Source: a virus (lineage: Duplodnaviria; Caudoviricetes). Taken from it: DNA of 64,000 nucleotides. Positions 1 through 8,818 of the stretch are shown here, piece after piece (position 1 is the stretch's first letter; every line of letters begins with the position of its first letter). The DNA lies in the IMG/VR virus record IMGVR_UViG_3300047561_001970, positions 1-64,000 of that record; one strand, 5' to 3'. The translations under genes and the position numbers were made by a program. Under the pieces are notes generated by a model that was given only the letters and a program-made list of their open reading frames with translations, ran no database searches and was not told where the DNA came from.

Positions 1-222
1 TACTTTTATGTGAAACAACCAAACAGGTATGGTATTAATGCAATTGCATACAAATATTATTACCCTGCAGAGTTTGAGACGATTTTCCAACCAGACACAG
101 AGCTAATGTTTGAAAAAATTATTTACAGTGCTGTAGAGAGATTTTATGAGTGTGTTAGTTGGTCGCCGAGAAAACCTGGTGAAGCTACACAATGTGATCT
201 TTTTGAGTTACTTGGTACTTGA
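1..222 (+). CDS. gp43: Family B DNA polymerase, C-terminal fragment (runs off window start)
   Basis: Frame is open from base 1: YFYVKQPNRYGINAIAY...ELMFEKIIYSAVERFYECVSW resembles the T4-like gp43 C-terminus. It lies upstream of uvsX and ends in a clamp-binding-like QCDLFELL. Confidence 0.8.
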   Translation, partial: YFYVKQPNRYGINAIAYKYYYPAEFETIFQPDTELMFEKIIYSAVERFYECVSWSPRKPGEATQCDLFELLGT

Positions 223-246
223 TTTCCTCAAAAGAGCCATTATATT
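219..246 (+). promoter_or_regulatory. sigma70-like early/middle promoter
   Basis: TTGATT-N16-TATATT, 6 nt before ATG 253. Confidence 0.55.
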
Positions 247-252
247 AATCTT

Positions 253-606
253 ATGAACAATATAACAGTATTCATTAATCATGTCGGTCAAACAGTCCTA
301 GCTGAAAAGGTATCTGAAGATGCTGCTGGTCTTAGTGTAAAGAATCCAGCGGTGCTTCATGTTAGCCCTAATCAAGGCGGACAATTACAGGTTCAACTAA
401 TTCCATTATTTTTTAAGGAATTTATTGAAGAAAAATCGAGGAATGAAGGAGCAGTGTTTAATTTCTCGAAAAATAACATTGTAACGTCTGCTGTCAGGCT
501 GGATCCAAAGATTGGCGAACAGTATACGAGAATCTTTGCTGCTGCTAAACCTGTCAACGAGGGTAAAGGCAAAGACGCGCCAGTTATTAAATTGTTTGAC
601 GAATAA
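253..606 (+). CDS. Conserved T4-like hypothetical protein (possible Sm-like fold)
   Basis: 117 aa with a beta-rich pattern (VLAEKVSE...VKNPAVL...QLIP), like small proteins found near gp43/uvsX; has its own promoter. Confidence 0.65.
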   Translation: MNNITVFINHVGQTVLAEKVSEDAAGLSVKNPAVLHVSPNQGGQLQVQLIPLFFKEFIEEKSRNEGAVFNFSKNNIVTSAVRLDPKIGEQYTRIFAAAKPVNEGKGKDAPVIKLFDE

Positions 607-608
607 TA

Positions 609-1733
609 ATGAACCAAGACGAAATACTCTCTAAAGCATTTAAATCGTTAGATGCCCTCAATCCTGAGGCAACATTTCTCTCAGAGAATGCGTTATGTAA
701 TGTAGACACTTGGTATGATACTGGGTGTTATGCATTGAACGCAATCGTCTCAGGCAAACTAAAAGATGGTGGAGTGCCCAAAGGTCGTCTGGTGATCTTT
801 GCTGGTCCCTCGCAGACTGGTAAAACTCTGTTAGTTAATAAGATTCTTGGTATTGCTCAAAAGAAAGGCATTACACCTGTTATCTTTGATACAGAGTTTG
901 CCATTGATAAGAATACCACTGCAGGGGTTGGCCTGGATCCTGATAAGACCAAATATGTGCCTGTGTACACAGTAGAGAATGCGCGCAATCAGATCAGTAC
1001 ATTCCTTGATAGTATTGTGGAGCACAACCTGCAAGGTAAGTTTATTATTAGCTTGGATAGTTTGGGTAATCTTGCAAGTAGTAAGGAAGTATCTGATGCA
1101 GAGAAAGACAAGGGAGCCTCTGACATGGGCACAAGAGCAAAGGGGTTAAAGAGCTTGTTGCGTTTATTGACCTACAAAGCAGGCCGCGCTGGTGTCACTA
1201 TATTGATGACTAATCATACTTACAGTGACCCTGCTTCGTTATACCCTTCTCTAGTACAGAATCAGAGTGGTGGCAGTGGCCCATTGTACATGGCTAGCGT
1301 CATTGTACAGTTAGCCAAGAGAAATGAAAAGCAAGATGCAAATAATGAAGATGATGCAATTCTTCCAGAAGCAAAGAACTACAGTGGAGTAACATTGCGA
1401 GCGTTAACAGTGAAGAATCGTTTTGTTCCACCATTTCTGGAAGCAAGCATCCAGCTAAACTACTTAACTGGACTGGACAAGTACAGTGGCTTGCTTGAAA
1501 TGGCAGTCAATCATGGTCTCATCATTCAAACTGGTGCCACATATCAAAGACCTGACGGTACTAAGTTAGGATATGCAAAGAACTTCACCAAGGATTCAAA
1601 ATTCTATGAAGAGTTGATTCCACTTCTTGACAAAAAGCTAGAAGCTGCATACAAGTATGGCAGTACTAGTGGTGATGCAGCAGAATCTACCAAAAGTACA
1701 AAAGCTGTCAAGCTGTCAAAAGAAGACGTGTGA
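609..1733 (+). CDS. uvsX: RecA-like recombinase UvsX
   Basis: DTGCYALNAIVSG, Walker A GPSQTGKT, IISLDSLGNL, SGGSGPLYMAS, VKNRF. Confidence 0.95.
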   Translation: MNQDEILSKAFKSLDALNPEATFLSENALCNVDTWYDTGCYALNAIVSGKLKDGGVPKGRLVIFAGPSQTGKTLLVNKILGIAQKKGITPVIFDTEFAIDKNTTAGVGLDPDKTKYVPVYTVENARNQISTFLDSIVEHNLQGKFIISLDSLGNLASSKEVSDAEKDKGASDMGTRAKGLKSLLRLLTYKAGRAGVTILMTNHTYSDPASLYPSLVQNQSGGSGPLYMASVIVQLAKRNEKQDANNEDDAILPEAKNYSGVTLRALTVKNRFVPPFLEASIQLNYLTGLDKYSGLLEMAVNHGLIIQTGATYQRPDGTKLGYAKNFTKDSKFYEELIPLLDKKLEAAYKYGSTSGDAAESTKSTKAVKLSKEDV

Positions 1734-2221
1734 AGATAGGGTTTAATTGTAGTTCTTTTGACTTGTTGCATGCTGGGCATGTGACAATGTTGAGAATGGA
1801 GAAGCGGATGTGTGATCATCTGATTGCCGCCATGCAAATAGACCCCACAGTTGATAGACCTGGTATAAAGAATAGACCTGTGCAGAGTTCTTACGAACGG
1901 TTTGTACAATTACAAGCGTGTCGATATGTTGATGAAATAATTGTGTATGAAACGGAGTTTGATTTGCTGCAACTTCTTAAAACACAAACAATTCATATTC
2001 GCTTCTTAAGCGAAGAATACAAAAATCGAGATTTTACTGGGAAACAGTATTGTATTGAAAATGGCATTGAGCTTTTTTACCATAAAAGACAGCATGTCTA
2101 CTCTTCAAGTGAACTAAGAGCCCGTACAGCGAGGTTTGAAAACATAAAGGATGCCCAAGGCGCAGTTATAATTCCACAATATTCACCAGAGCTTACCAAA
2201 ATATCACATGAGCCAAAATAA
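1730..2221 (+). CDS. Cytidylyltransferase (TagD/RfaE-like, HxGH family)
   Basis: SSFDLLHAGHVTML, ERFVQLQACRYVDEIIVY, YSSSELR; GTGA overlap with the uvsX stop. Confidence 0.9.
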   Translation: MKIGFNCSSFDLLHAGHVTMLRMEKRMCDHLIAAMQIDPTVDRPGIKNRPVQSSYERFVQLQACRYVDEIIVYETEFDLLQLLKTQTIHIRFLSEEYKNRDFTGKQYCIENGIELFYHKRQHVYSSSELRARTARFENIKDAQGAVIIPQYSPELTKISHEPK

Positions 2222-2951
2222 AATTGTAATTCCAATAAGTGGTGGGATGGATAGCACAGTTTTGCTATACAAAGCGTGTGAAGAGGTAGGACCAGAAAAC
2301 GTCTTTGCAATTGCCTTTAATTATGGTCAACGCCATTTGCGTGAATTGGAATTAGCAGCATACCATGCTAATGAAAAGAAATGTGGAGCATTTAAGACAA
2401 TAGATGTGCAATTCATAAAGGATATAGCTCCAACAAGTAGTCTTACAAACAATGACATAGATACACCAGACATACGAGAGGTTGCTGGTGAGGCACAACC
2501 CAAATCATATGTACCCAACCGTAACATGATATTCTTGAGTGTTGCTTCAGCATATGCTGAAGCAGTGGGTGCGGCCAAGGTATATCATGGTGCAACAGGT
2601 GTTGATAGTTTGGCTGGCTACTGGGATGCAAGTCCAGAATTCTTACCCACAATAAACGAAGTGCTTGCACTAAACCGTGAGGTTCAAATCAAAATAGAGG
2701 CACCGTTAATAAGGATGAACAAGGCTGATATCATCAAGGAGGGTGTAAGATTGAGAGTTAAATTTAGTAAAACGTATACCTGTTATTCTGGAGAAACTGA
2801 AGCAGATATTAATTCTGCAAGCAGTGCTTTGCGTATCAAAGGCTTTGCGAATGCAGGATTCATTGATCCACAACTATACAAACAAGATTTATCTCATGTG
2901 TGGCAGAAGTATAATTGTAGAAAAATCGAATATGATGACTATAATACATAG
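2208..2951 (+). CDS. queC: QueC-family 7-cyano-7-deazaguanine synthase (atypical Zn site)
   Basis: PP-loop SGGMDS, FNYGQRH, YVPNRNMIFLS, Y-W-D-A-S-PEF, APL...KADII, TYTCY. Confidence 0.9.
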   Translation: MSQNKIVIPISGGMDSTVLLYKACEEVGPENVFAIAFNYGQRHLRELELAAYHANEKKCGAFKTIDVQFIKDIAPTSSLTNNDIDTPDIREVAGEAQPKSYVPNRNMIFLSVASAYAEAVGAAKVYHGATGVDSLAGYWDASPEFLPTINEVLALNREVQIKIEAPLIRMNKADIIKEGVRLRVKFSKTYTCYSGETEADINSASSALRIKGFANAGFIDPQLYKQDLSHVWQKYNCRKIEYDDYNT

Positions 2952-3641
2952 ATGTGCGGTATCTTTGGCGCTGTTAAGCAAGAACAATTCTTAGATCTCT
3001 ACGACTTGAACCGTAAGCGTGGTACTTTCTCCACATCCCTAGCCATTCTGACTACAGATAGCAATGTAATAGTACACCGTTGGAGCGGAACTGTGAGTGT
3101 CAAGGATGTAGATAAGGAAATTAAGAGAAGTCTGAAGGGTGCCAACATGTCTCCACTATATTTGCTGGGACACACACAAGCACCAACCTCTTCAAAGAGA
3201 AAATACTCCCGAGAGACTTCACATCCCTTCCATACAGAAAATTGGATTGTGGCACATAATGGTGTTTTGACAAATTTTGATGAAATTAAGCAACAATTTG
3301 ATCCAAAGTGGAAGAACCCTGTAGACTCGAGCACCATTCCACTTATGCTACACAAAATTCAACAAGCTGTCAATTCATATGGTCATTCAGTTGAGATAAT
3401 TTCAACTGCTCTCTCCCATCTTGAGGGTACTTTTGGTTTATGGATTATAAACACTGACTATAGAGGTGTGTATATAGCCAGGTGCGGTAGTACCTTATTT
3501 GCAAATAAAATTGATAATACCTTTAGTAGTGTAAAGTTTAAAGGGAGTGAAGCTATCGAGGAGGGTATTGTGTATGAGGTGACCCCGGAAGGACTAACCT
3601 CGGTTGCAAATTTTGATTTTAATAGCCCGTTCTTTAGTTAA
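2952..3641 (+). CDS. Class II (Ntn) glutamine amidotransferase
   Basis: N-terminal MCGIFG nucleophile, RG, LLGHTQAPT, SHPF, VAHNGVLTN, VDS; abuts queC. Confidence 0.9.
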   Translation: MCGIFGAVKQEQFLDLYDLNRKRGTFSTSLAILTTDSNVIVHRWSGTVSVKDVDKEIKRSLKGANMSPLYLLGHTQAPTSSKRKYSRETSHPFHTENWIVAHNGVLTNFDEIKQQFDPKWKNPVDSSTIPLMLHKIQQAVNSYGHSVEIISTALSHLEGTFGLWIINTDYRGVYIARCGSTLFANKIDNTFSSVKFKGSEAIEEGIVYEVTPEGLTSVANFDFNSPFFS

Positions 3642-4510
3642 CTAAAATCACCGTAATTCTTATCACCTGGTGTGCCTCTTAAGCCAAATTCTTGTTTTGC
3701 TGCTGAGTAAATGTCATCACCTTCAGGAAAATCTTCAACAGTTTCTACTTCTCCAGAACCCTCACCATCAGCTTGAGTTTTTTCAATTTGCTTTGTTTTG
3801 AGTACACCATATTCTGTTAATTTGTCCACAACTTCAAGAGATCTCATCTTAATTGCATCTTCTTTTGATAATCCTGGTGCTTCATTATACTCTTGCAACG
3901 CTGCTTTGACAACTGATAGTATTTCACGTTCAGGTACATCATCATCAGGCAAGCTGAGCACAAGAGCTCTTAAATTTTTTTCAGGAATACGCACAGACTT
4001 ATCAATCTCATATACAGTCTCTGTACTTGGCTCAGCTTTCGTAGCAGCTTTCTTTTCTTTTGCAGCCTTTACCTTTTGAGCATCCATCTTTAATCCACCT
4101 GAAGTTTTCTTGGCATTTAATAGATATATTAACACATAATTCACAGTAAACCCGGCCATAGAAGCGGGAATGCCAAACTTATCTTTAAAAATTGGTGTAA
4201 GTTCGTTGATAAACGTTTTTGGATCACCAGGAAAGTAATAAACTTCTTTGCCATCAACCATCTTCTTCTCTTTTGCATGATTCAAAACTGTATGTGCCAT
4301 ATCTGTTGCAACATCTTCTTCAGACTTACCTTGTGTTGTTGCAATCTTAGTGATGGCACCGGCACCGTATCCTTTACCTTGACCAGGCAAAGTCTTGGTT
4401 GTTACTGGTTCAACATTGATATCTCCACCCATTTCAATTGGAGCCTCAGTTAAACTCTGTTGTTTGCTAGTGATATACGATTCAAACATGAGTTTGTTAT
4501 CTAAATTCAT
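3638..4510 (-). CDS. Hypothetical late protein (candidate internal head protein)
   Basis: 290 aa, charged; TATAAATA upstream on the minus strand; N-terminus LMFESY...SLTE-A. Confidence 0.75.
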   Translation of the reverse strand: MNLDNKLMFESYITSKQQSLTEAPIEMGGDINVEPVTTKTLPGQGKGYGAGAITKIATTQGKSEEDVATDMAHTVLNHAKEKKMVDGKEVYYFPGDPKTFINELTPIFKDKFGIPASMAGFTVNYVLIYLLNAKKTSGGLKMDAQKVKAAKEKKAATKAEPSTETVYEIDKSVRIPEKNLRALVLSLPDDDVPEREILSVVKAALQEYNEAPGLSKEDAIKMRSLEVVDKLTEYGVLKTKQIEKTQADGEGSGEVETVEDFPEGDDIYSAAKQEFGLRGTPGDKNYGDFS

Positions 4511-4515
4511 AATGC

Positions 4516-4543
4516 TTGATTATTTATACCTATCTATTAATAT
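4516..4543 (+). promoter_or_regulatory. sigma70-like promoter
   Basis: TTGATT-N16-TAATAT, 5 nt before GTG 4549. Confidence 0.5.
4521..4528 (-). promoter_or_regulatory. T4-type late promoter
   Basis: TATAAATA, 10 nt before ATG 4510. Confidence 0.7.
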
Positions 4544-4548
4544 TTATT

Positions 4549-5214
4549 GTGAGTAAAATAGGTATTTTTGCTATAAGTCCGCTTGATTCTGACTGTTTGC
4601 TTGAGCGTAGCTGTAAGGATTTGAAGGATATAGATCTGCATGTATTGTATAACAACACAACTATAGGATTATCAGAATATTATAATGGTGTCATAATGAA
4701 TAATGAAAATTCTATATACGATATTATTATTCTATGCCACCATGACATAAGTCTGGAGTATTGTAATCTGCAAACACTAGAGACAGCTCTGAAGCGCTTT
4801 GACGTTGTTGGGATCGCTGGTGGTTTGAACCCAACAATAAAGGAGAAAAACTTATGGCATTGGATGATTTCAGCAGAATATTATAGAGGGTTTGCAGCTC
4901 ACCCTGTTTCAGATGAAAGTATGACCATCACAGCATTTGGACCATCACCCGCACGAGTTGCTGTGCTAGACGGTGTCTTTTTAGCTCTAAATAATAAAAA
5001 AATAAGTGGCTCCAAAGTTAGATTCGACGAACAATTCAAGTGGCACCATTATGATATTGATTTTAGCTTGACTTGCAACGCAAACCGGCTTAAACTAGGT
5101 GTGTGGCCTATACTAATTTATCATCAAAGCCCAGGTCTAAGAGATTTAAACAATAAGGAGTGGAACAAAAGCAATGAAGCCTTCATTCGAAAATGGAATA
5201 ACGAGCCCATCTAA
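4549..5214 (+). CDS. GT-A fold glycosyltransferase-like protein
   Basis: IILCHHD, DVVGIAGG, VAVLDGVFLA, FDEQFKWHHYDIDFSL; start moved to GTG 4549 on promoter spacing. Confidence 0.8.
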   Translation: MSKIGIFAISPLDSDCLLERSCKDLKDIDLHVLYNNTTIGLSEYYNGVIMNNENSIYDIIILCHHDISLEYCNLQTLETALKRFDVVGIAGGLNPTIKEKNLWHWMISAEYYRGFAAHPVSDESMTITAFGPSPARVAVLDGVFLALNNKKISGSKVRFDEQFKWHHYDIDFSLTCNANRLKLGVWPILIYHQSPGLRDLNNKEWNKSNEAFIRKWNNEPI

Positions 5215-6538
5215 GAAAGTTCTTGATCTAGATTTTTACGAGCACATTATTGCATATAATTGCTTAGTAGATCCTGTGTTCCTTTCTTCAGTAATAGATC
5301 ATTTGGATGTAAAATTCTTTAAAAATATTGATACAAAGAATATTGTACGTATTATTGTAAATTTCTTCAAAGAGCATGGTACTGTGCCGACAAATACTGA
5401 GTTAAAAGCATATTTAACTACAGATGAATTAAAAGAAAACTTTAAAAAACTTGTAACATCGTTTACTGATATAGACAAAAAGTTTAATAGAAGTGAGTTG
5501 GTGGAAAATACAGAGATTTTTCTCAAGGAGAAGGGGGTCTATAATGCATTACTTGAAGCAGCAGAAAAGCTAGACAGTAAACAGCTCAACACAGCAGAGC
5601 TTTTAGGAAAATTTGAAAAAGCTGTGGGGGTGAACTTGACCCAGAACATGGGACTGGAGTTATTTGGAGACATCGATAGATTTGTTGCAGACTTGCACAG
5701 AGAAGAGCCGTGTTTAAGGACAGGTTGGAAGTGGTTAGATAGCAAATTAGGTGGTGGATTTCTTGAGAATGGCAGGTCGCTGTACGTTTTTGCTGGTGAA
5801 ACTAATGTTGGTAAGAGTATTTTTCTTGGCAACATAGCGACAAACATTGCCATGCAGGGCAAGAACGTATTACTCATAACATTGGAAATGAGTGAAATGA
5901 TGTATGCAAGGAGATTGTCTTCGGCTATTACAAGTATTCCACTCAGTCATTTAAAAGAAGAATCAGAATCTCTCAAGCAGCAGATAAAAGACATAGCCAA
6001 AGGTAAAAAATCTAAAATTATTATAAAAGAATTTCCACCATCCACACTAACACCATTTCAACTCAAGGGGTTCATTAAGAAGTTAATGCAAAAAGGTATT
6101 AAGATTGATGTTATTGTGCTTGATTATCTTAATTTATTGCACAGTCCACTTGGTAATAATAGCTATGAACGGATTTTGTATTGTGCACAGCAAGTCCGGG
6201 CAATTAGTTATGATATCATGTGCCCAATTGTATCAGCAACACAGTTAAATCGCTCTGGGTATAATGTAGATAATCCTGGTTTGGAAACTATCTCAGAGAG
6301 TATTGGTCTGGCCACCACATCTGATGCAATCATATCCATTTGGCAAAAAGATGAAGACAAAGAACTTGGTCTTATTAATATTGGCATGTCAAAAAATCGA
6401 TTTGGTCCTAATTTCGGCAGCATTGCCCTTAAGATTGATTACAACACACTAGTAATTACAGAAGATGATACAATAAACGAGAGTGAAGAGGCCATACAGT
6501 TTACAAAAACACTAGCTTCAATGAGTGACACCCTCTAG
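5174..6538 (+). CDS. gp41: Replicative DnaB-like helicase
   Basis: Walker A AGETNVGKS, ITLEMSE, IIKEFP, VLDYLNLL, SATQLNRSG, ESIGLATTSD, KNRFG. Confidence 0.95.
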   Translation: MKPSFENGITSPSKKVLDLDFYEHIIAYNCLVDPVFLSSVIDHLDVKFFKNIDTKNIVRIIVNFFKEHGTVPTNTELKAYLTTDELKENFKKLVTSFTDIDKKFNRSELVENTEIFLKEKGVYNALLEAAEKLDSKQLNTAELLGKFEKAVGVNLTQNMGLELFGDIDRFVADLHREEPCLRTGWKWLDSKLGGGFLENGRSLYVFAGETNVGKSIFLGNIATNIAMQGKNVLLITLEMSEMMYARRLSSAITSIPLSHLKEESESLKQQIKDIAKGKKSKIIIKEFPPSTLTPFQLKGFIKKLMQKGIKIDVIVLDYLNLLHSPLGNNSYERILYCAQQVRAISYDIMCPIVSATQLNRSGYNVDNPGLETISESIGLATTSDAIISIWQKDEDKELGLINIGMSKNRFGPNFGSIALKIDYNTLVITEDDTINESEEAIQFTKTLASMSDTL

Positions 6539-6589
6539 ACTAGCTTTTGATTGAACATCTTATAAATCCCAGTAAGCAATCAATATTGT

Positions 6590-6853
6590 ATGAATTTTAG
6601 CAACTTACATCATGAGGAAGTAGACTATCTCTTTAGATGTTTCTGTAGTTATATTTGCATATGTTTTAATAAGAAGTATAACCTTGCAAATATTTTGCTT
6701 CTTTATCTTCAAGATCTTAGAGTGCAAAATCTGTTTAAAAGTATTATGGATGTTGAAGATGATGTATCAGCGGTTAGAATATTCTTAGAATTTGATCCTA
6801 CCTTGTGTAAGAGCAAATATATAATGAAATATCTTAATCACCGCAAAAAATGA
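6590..6853 (+). CDS. Hypothetical protein
   Basis: 87 aa ORF with an ATGA overlap to the next gene. Confidence 0.6.
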   Translation: MNFSNLHHEEVDYLFRCFCSYICICFNKKYNLANILLLYLQDLRVQNLFKSIMDVEDDVSAVRIFLEFDPTLCKSKYIMKYLNHRKK

Positions 6854-7488
6854 CACCTGATAAGCTAATTTACAATACATATTTAAAGATTTCTAGAACT
6901 CAGAGCGGTCTACCGTTCAGATTTAGAAAGCAATGGGAGGGTTTCGAAGAATCAATTGTATATCCACATGTATTGCGTCTTAAAAACTTCTTTACCCGCA
7001 ATAAGAATGTGGATGTAACGGAATTCTTTAATGCACCATACACAATTTACCCCGGTGAGAGTGGGTTTGATTTAAGCTTCTATTCATCACCAAAGGCCAT
7101 AAAGGTGTATACTTTAGCATTAAAGAAGAAGCTATTGCTGCCACCAGATGATAGTTATCATCTTAAAAATATTGTCAAAGGGTTAAAGTTCGTGCAACAG
7201 TTTTGTGAAGAGAGGGCAATTGAAGTTGAGAATTACCCCAACTACAGAGATGGTATACAAAATGCGTTTATCACACACCTCAAAAATCATAATATTAGCA
7301 TTTATAATTTGTTTGCGTTTAATAATTTTGAAAAACAACTAAACCTGCATGATCCCGATTTGCTTAGATTCACACTGGGAGATATTTACGACAATATTTC
7401 TGTTTTTAGAACTAAATTTCTCGGCAGCACATCTGCCAAGCAGCTGGCCATAGCTGGCTTACAAAAAATTAAAAAGAATCTTACTTGA
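6850..7488 (+). CDS. gp59: Helicase loader, gp59-like
   Basis: 212 aa directly upstream of gp32, as in T4. IYNTYLKI and AFITHLKNHNISIYNLFAFNNF resemble gp59 segments. Confidence 0.6.
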   Translation: MTPDKLIYNTYLKISRTQSGLPFRFRKQWEGFEESIVYPHVLRLKNFFTRNKNVDVTEFFNAPYTIYPGESGFDLSFYSSPKAIKVYTLALKKKLLLPPDDSYHLKNIVKGLKFVQQFCEERAIEVENYPNYRDGIQNAFITHLKNHNISIYNLFAFNNFEKQLNLHDPDLLRFTLGDIYDNISVFRTKFLGSTSAKQLAIAGLQKIKKNLT

Positions 7489-7512
7489 TTTCAAGAAATC
7501 ATCGTATATTAT
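7485..7512 (+). promoter_or_regulatory. sigma70-like promoter
   Basis: TTGATT-N16-TATTAT, 7 nt before ATG 7520. Confidence 0.55.
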
Positions 7513-7519
7513 AAAACAT

Positions 7520-8344
7520 ATGAGTACAATAACTAATTCGATGTTTGAGAGCATTAAAGGTGCTCTTGCAAAAAATAACCCCGTATCCCGTAACAAGGAT
7601 ATTTTAAAACTTGAAGTAGGCAATACTTACACTGTTCGCCTACTTCCTAACGTTGATAATCCAACAAAGACATTCTTCCATTACTATACTTTTGGTTGGA
7701 CTAGTTTTTGTACTGGTCAGTATGTGTATACAGTAAGCCCAACATCTTTTGGAGCTCGCGACCCTATTGCTGAGGTTCGTTATAAAGCTATTAAAACCGG
7801 AACAGAAGATGAGAAGGCTAAAGCTAGGGCCATCATGCGATCTGAAAAATGGCTAGTGAATGCATATGTTGTGAACGATCCTGTTAATTCCGAAAATAAT
7901 GGCAAGGTAATGATTGTGCGTTATGGTAAGCAACTGCACAAGATTATTATGGACGCCATTGAAGGTGAAGGATCAGAGGACCTGGGCGCTCGCATCTTTG
8001 ATCTCAGTGACAAGGGATGCAATCTGAAGATTAAGGTGGAGCAACAAGGAGATTATCCCACTTATGTGAGTAGTAAGTTCATGATGCCCAAAGCTGTTGA
8101 GGGGTTAGATAAAGCAAAGATTGATACCACATACAAGGGTATAATTGATCTTGAGTCAGTCTTCACTGTTAAGAGTTATGAGGAGTTAAAATCCATGCTT
8201 GATGAGCATTATTATTGCTCATCGGAGTCATCTGAAGCTGATGCTAAGCCAGTAAAAGCAAATAAATCTGAGGTTCCTGCAACTGATTCAACAGATGTTC
8301 TTGAGGATGATACTGTTAAGAAGTTGCTTGAAGGGCTTGATTAA
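7520..8344 (+). CDS. gp32: Single-stranded DNA-binding protein (Zn-free type)
   Basis: VRLLPN, WLVNAYVVNDPVNSENNGKVMIVRYGKQLHKII, YPTYVSSKF, acidic tail. Confidence 0.92.
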   Translation: MSTITNSMFESIKGALAKNNPVSRNKDILKLEVGNTYTVRLLPNVDNPTKTFFHYYTFGWTSFCTGQYVYTVSPTSFGARDPIAEVRYKAIKTGTEDEKAKARAIMRSEKWLVNAYVVNDPVNSENNGKVMIVRYGKQLHKIIMDAIEGEGSEDLGARIFDLSDKGCNLKIKVEQQGDYPTYVSSKFMMPKAVEGLDKAKIDTTYKGIIDLESVFTVKSYEELKSMLDEHYYCSSESSEADAKPVKANKSEVPATDSTDVLEDDTVKKLLEGLD

Positions 8345-8784
8345 TGTCTGACGGGCTTGTTGAGGTTGATCCAAATAGTGCAGAGGGCAAAAATGCCATC
8401 ATGGCACTACTTGGCACCACCTTAGCTGAGCTCAAGCAAATCGATCGGCAGAGTGTCGGATCTTCAAAGAACATTTCTGGTGTTAAAACGGATTTACAAA
8501 ATGTTTTCCGAATAACAACAGATCAAACAACGCCACATACCCCACCACAGCCAACAATTCAATTAAATACCATCCAGACTGTACCACAATTTGCAGCACA
8601 ACCGTTTGCAGCACAATCGCAACTGGTACCACAGGCTGTAGCGGCAGCGCCACAGCCTGCTGAAGATCCCAATCAATTAGTTTTTGATTTCAATAAGCCA
8701 ATAACACCTGATACTATTAACGATAAATTAGATCGTATCCTTAATAAGTTGGACCGTGTTATTGATTTATTTAAAACAACCTGA
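8344..8784 (+). CDS. Hypothetical protein (Q/P/A-rich linker, C-terminal coiled coil)
   Basis: 146 aa, TAATG-coupled to gp32. Confidence 0.75.
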   Translation: MSDGLVEVDPNSAEGKNAIMALLGTTLAELKQIDRQSVGSSKNISGVKTDLQNVFRITTDQTTPHTPPQPTIQLNTIQTVPQFAAQPFAAQSQLVPQAVAAAPQPAEDPNQLVFDFNKPITPDTINDKLDRILNKLDRVIDLFKTT

Positions 8785-8811
8785 TTGCTTTTCGTTTTTG
8801 TAGTATATAAT
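8785..8811 (+). promoter_or_regulatory. sigma70-like promoter
   Basis: TTGCTT-N15-TATAAT, 7 nt before GTG 8819. Confidence 0.45.
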
Positions 8812-8818
8812 AATCCTT

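Noticed and set aside
10-222. Stand-alone 70-aa protein
   Set aside because: The frame is open to base 1 and the sequence reads as the C-terminus of DNA polymerase.
6541-6589. Promoter for the 87-aa gene (TATAAATC or TTGAAC)
   Set aside because: The motifs are mismatched and do not show the spacing seen at the other promoters.
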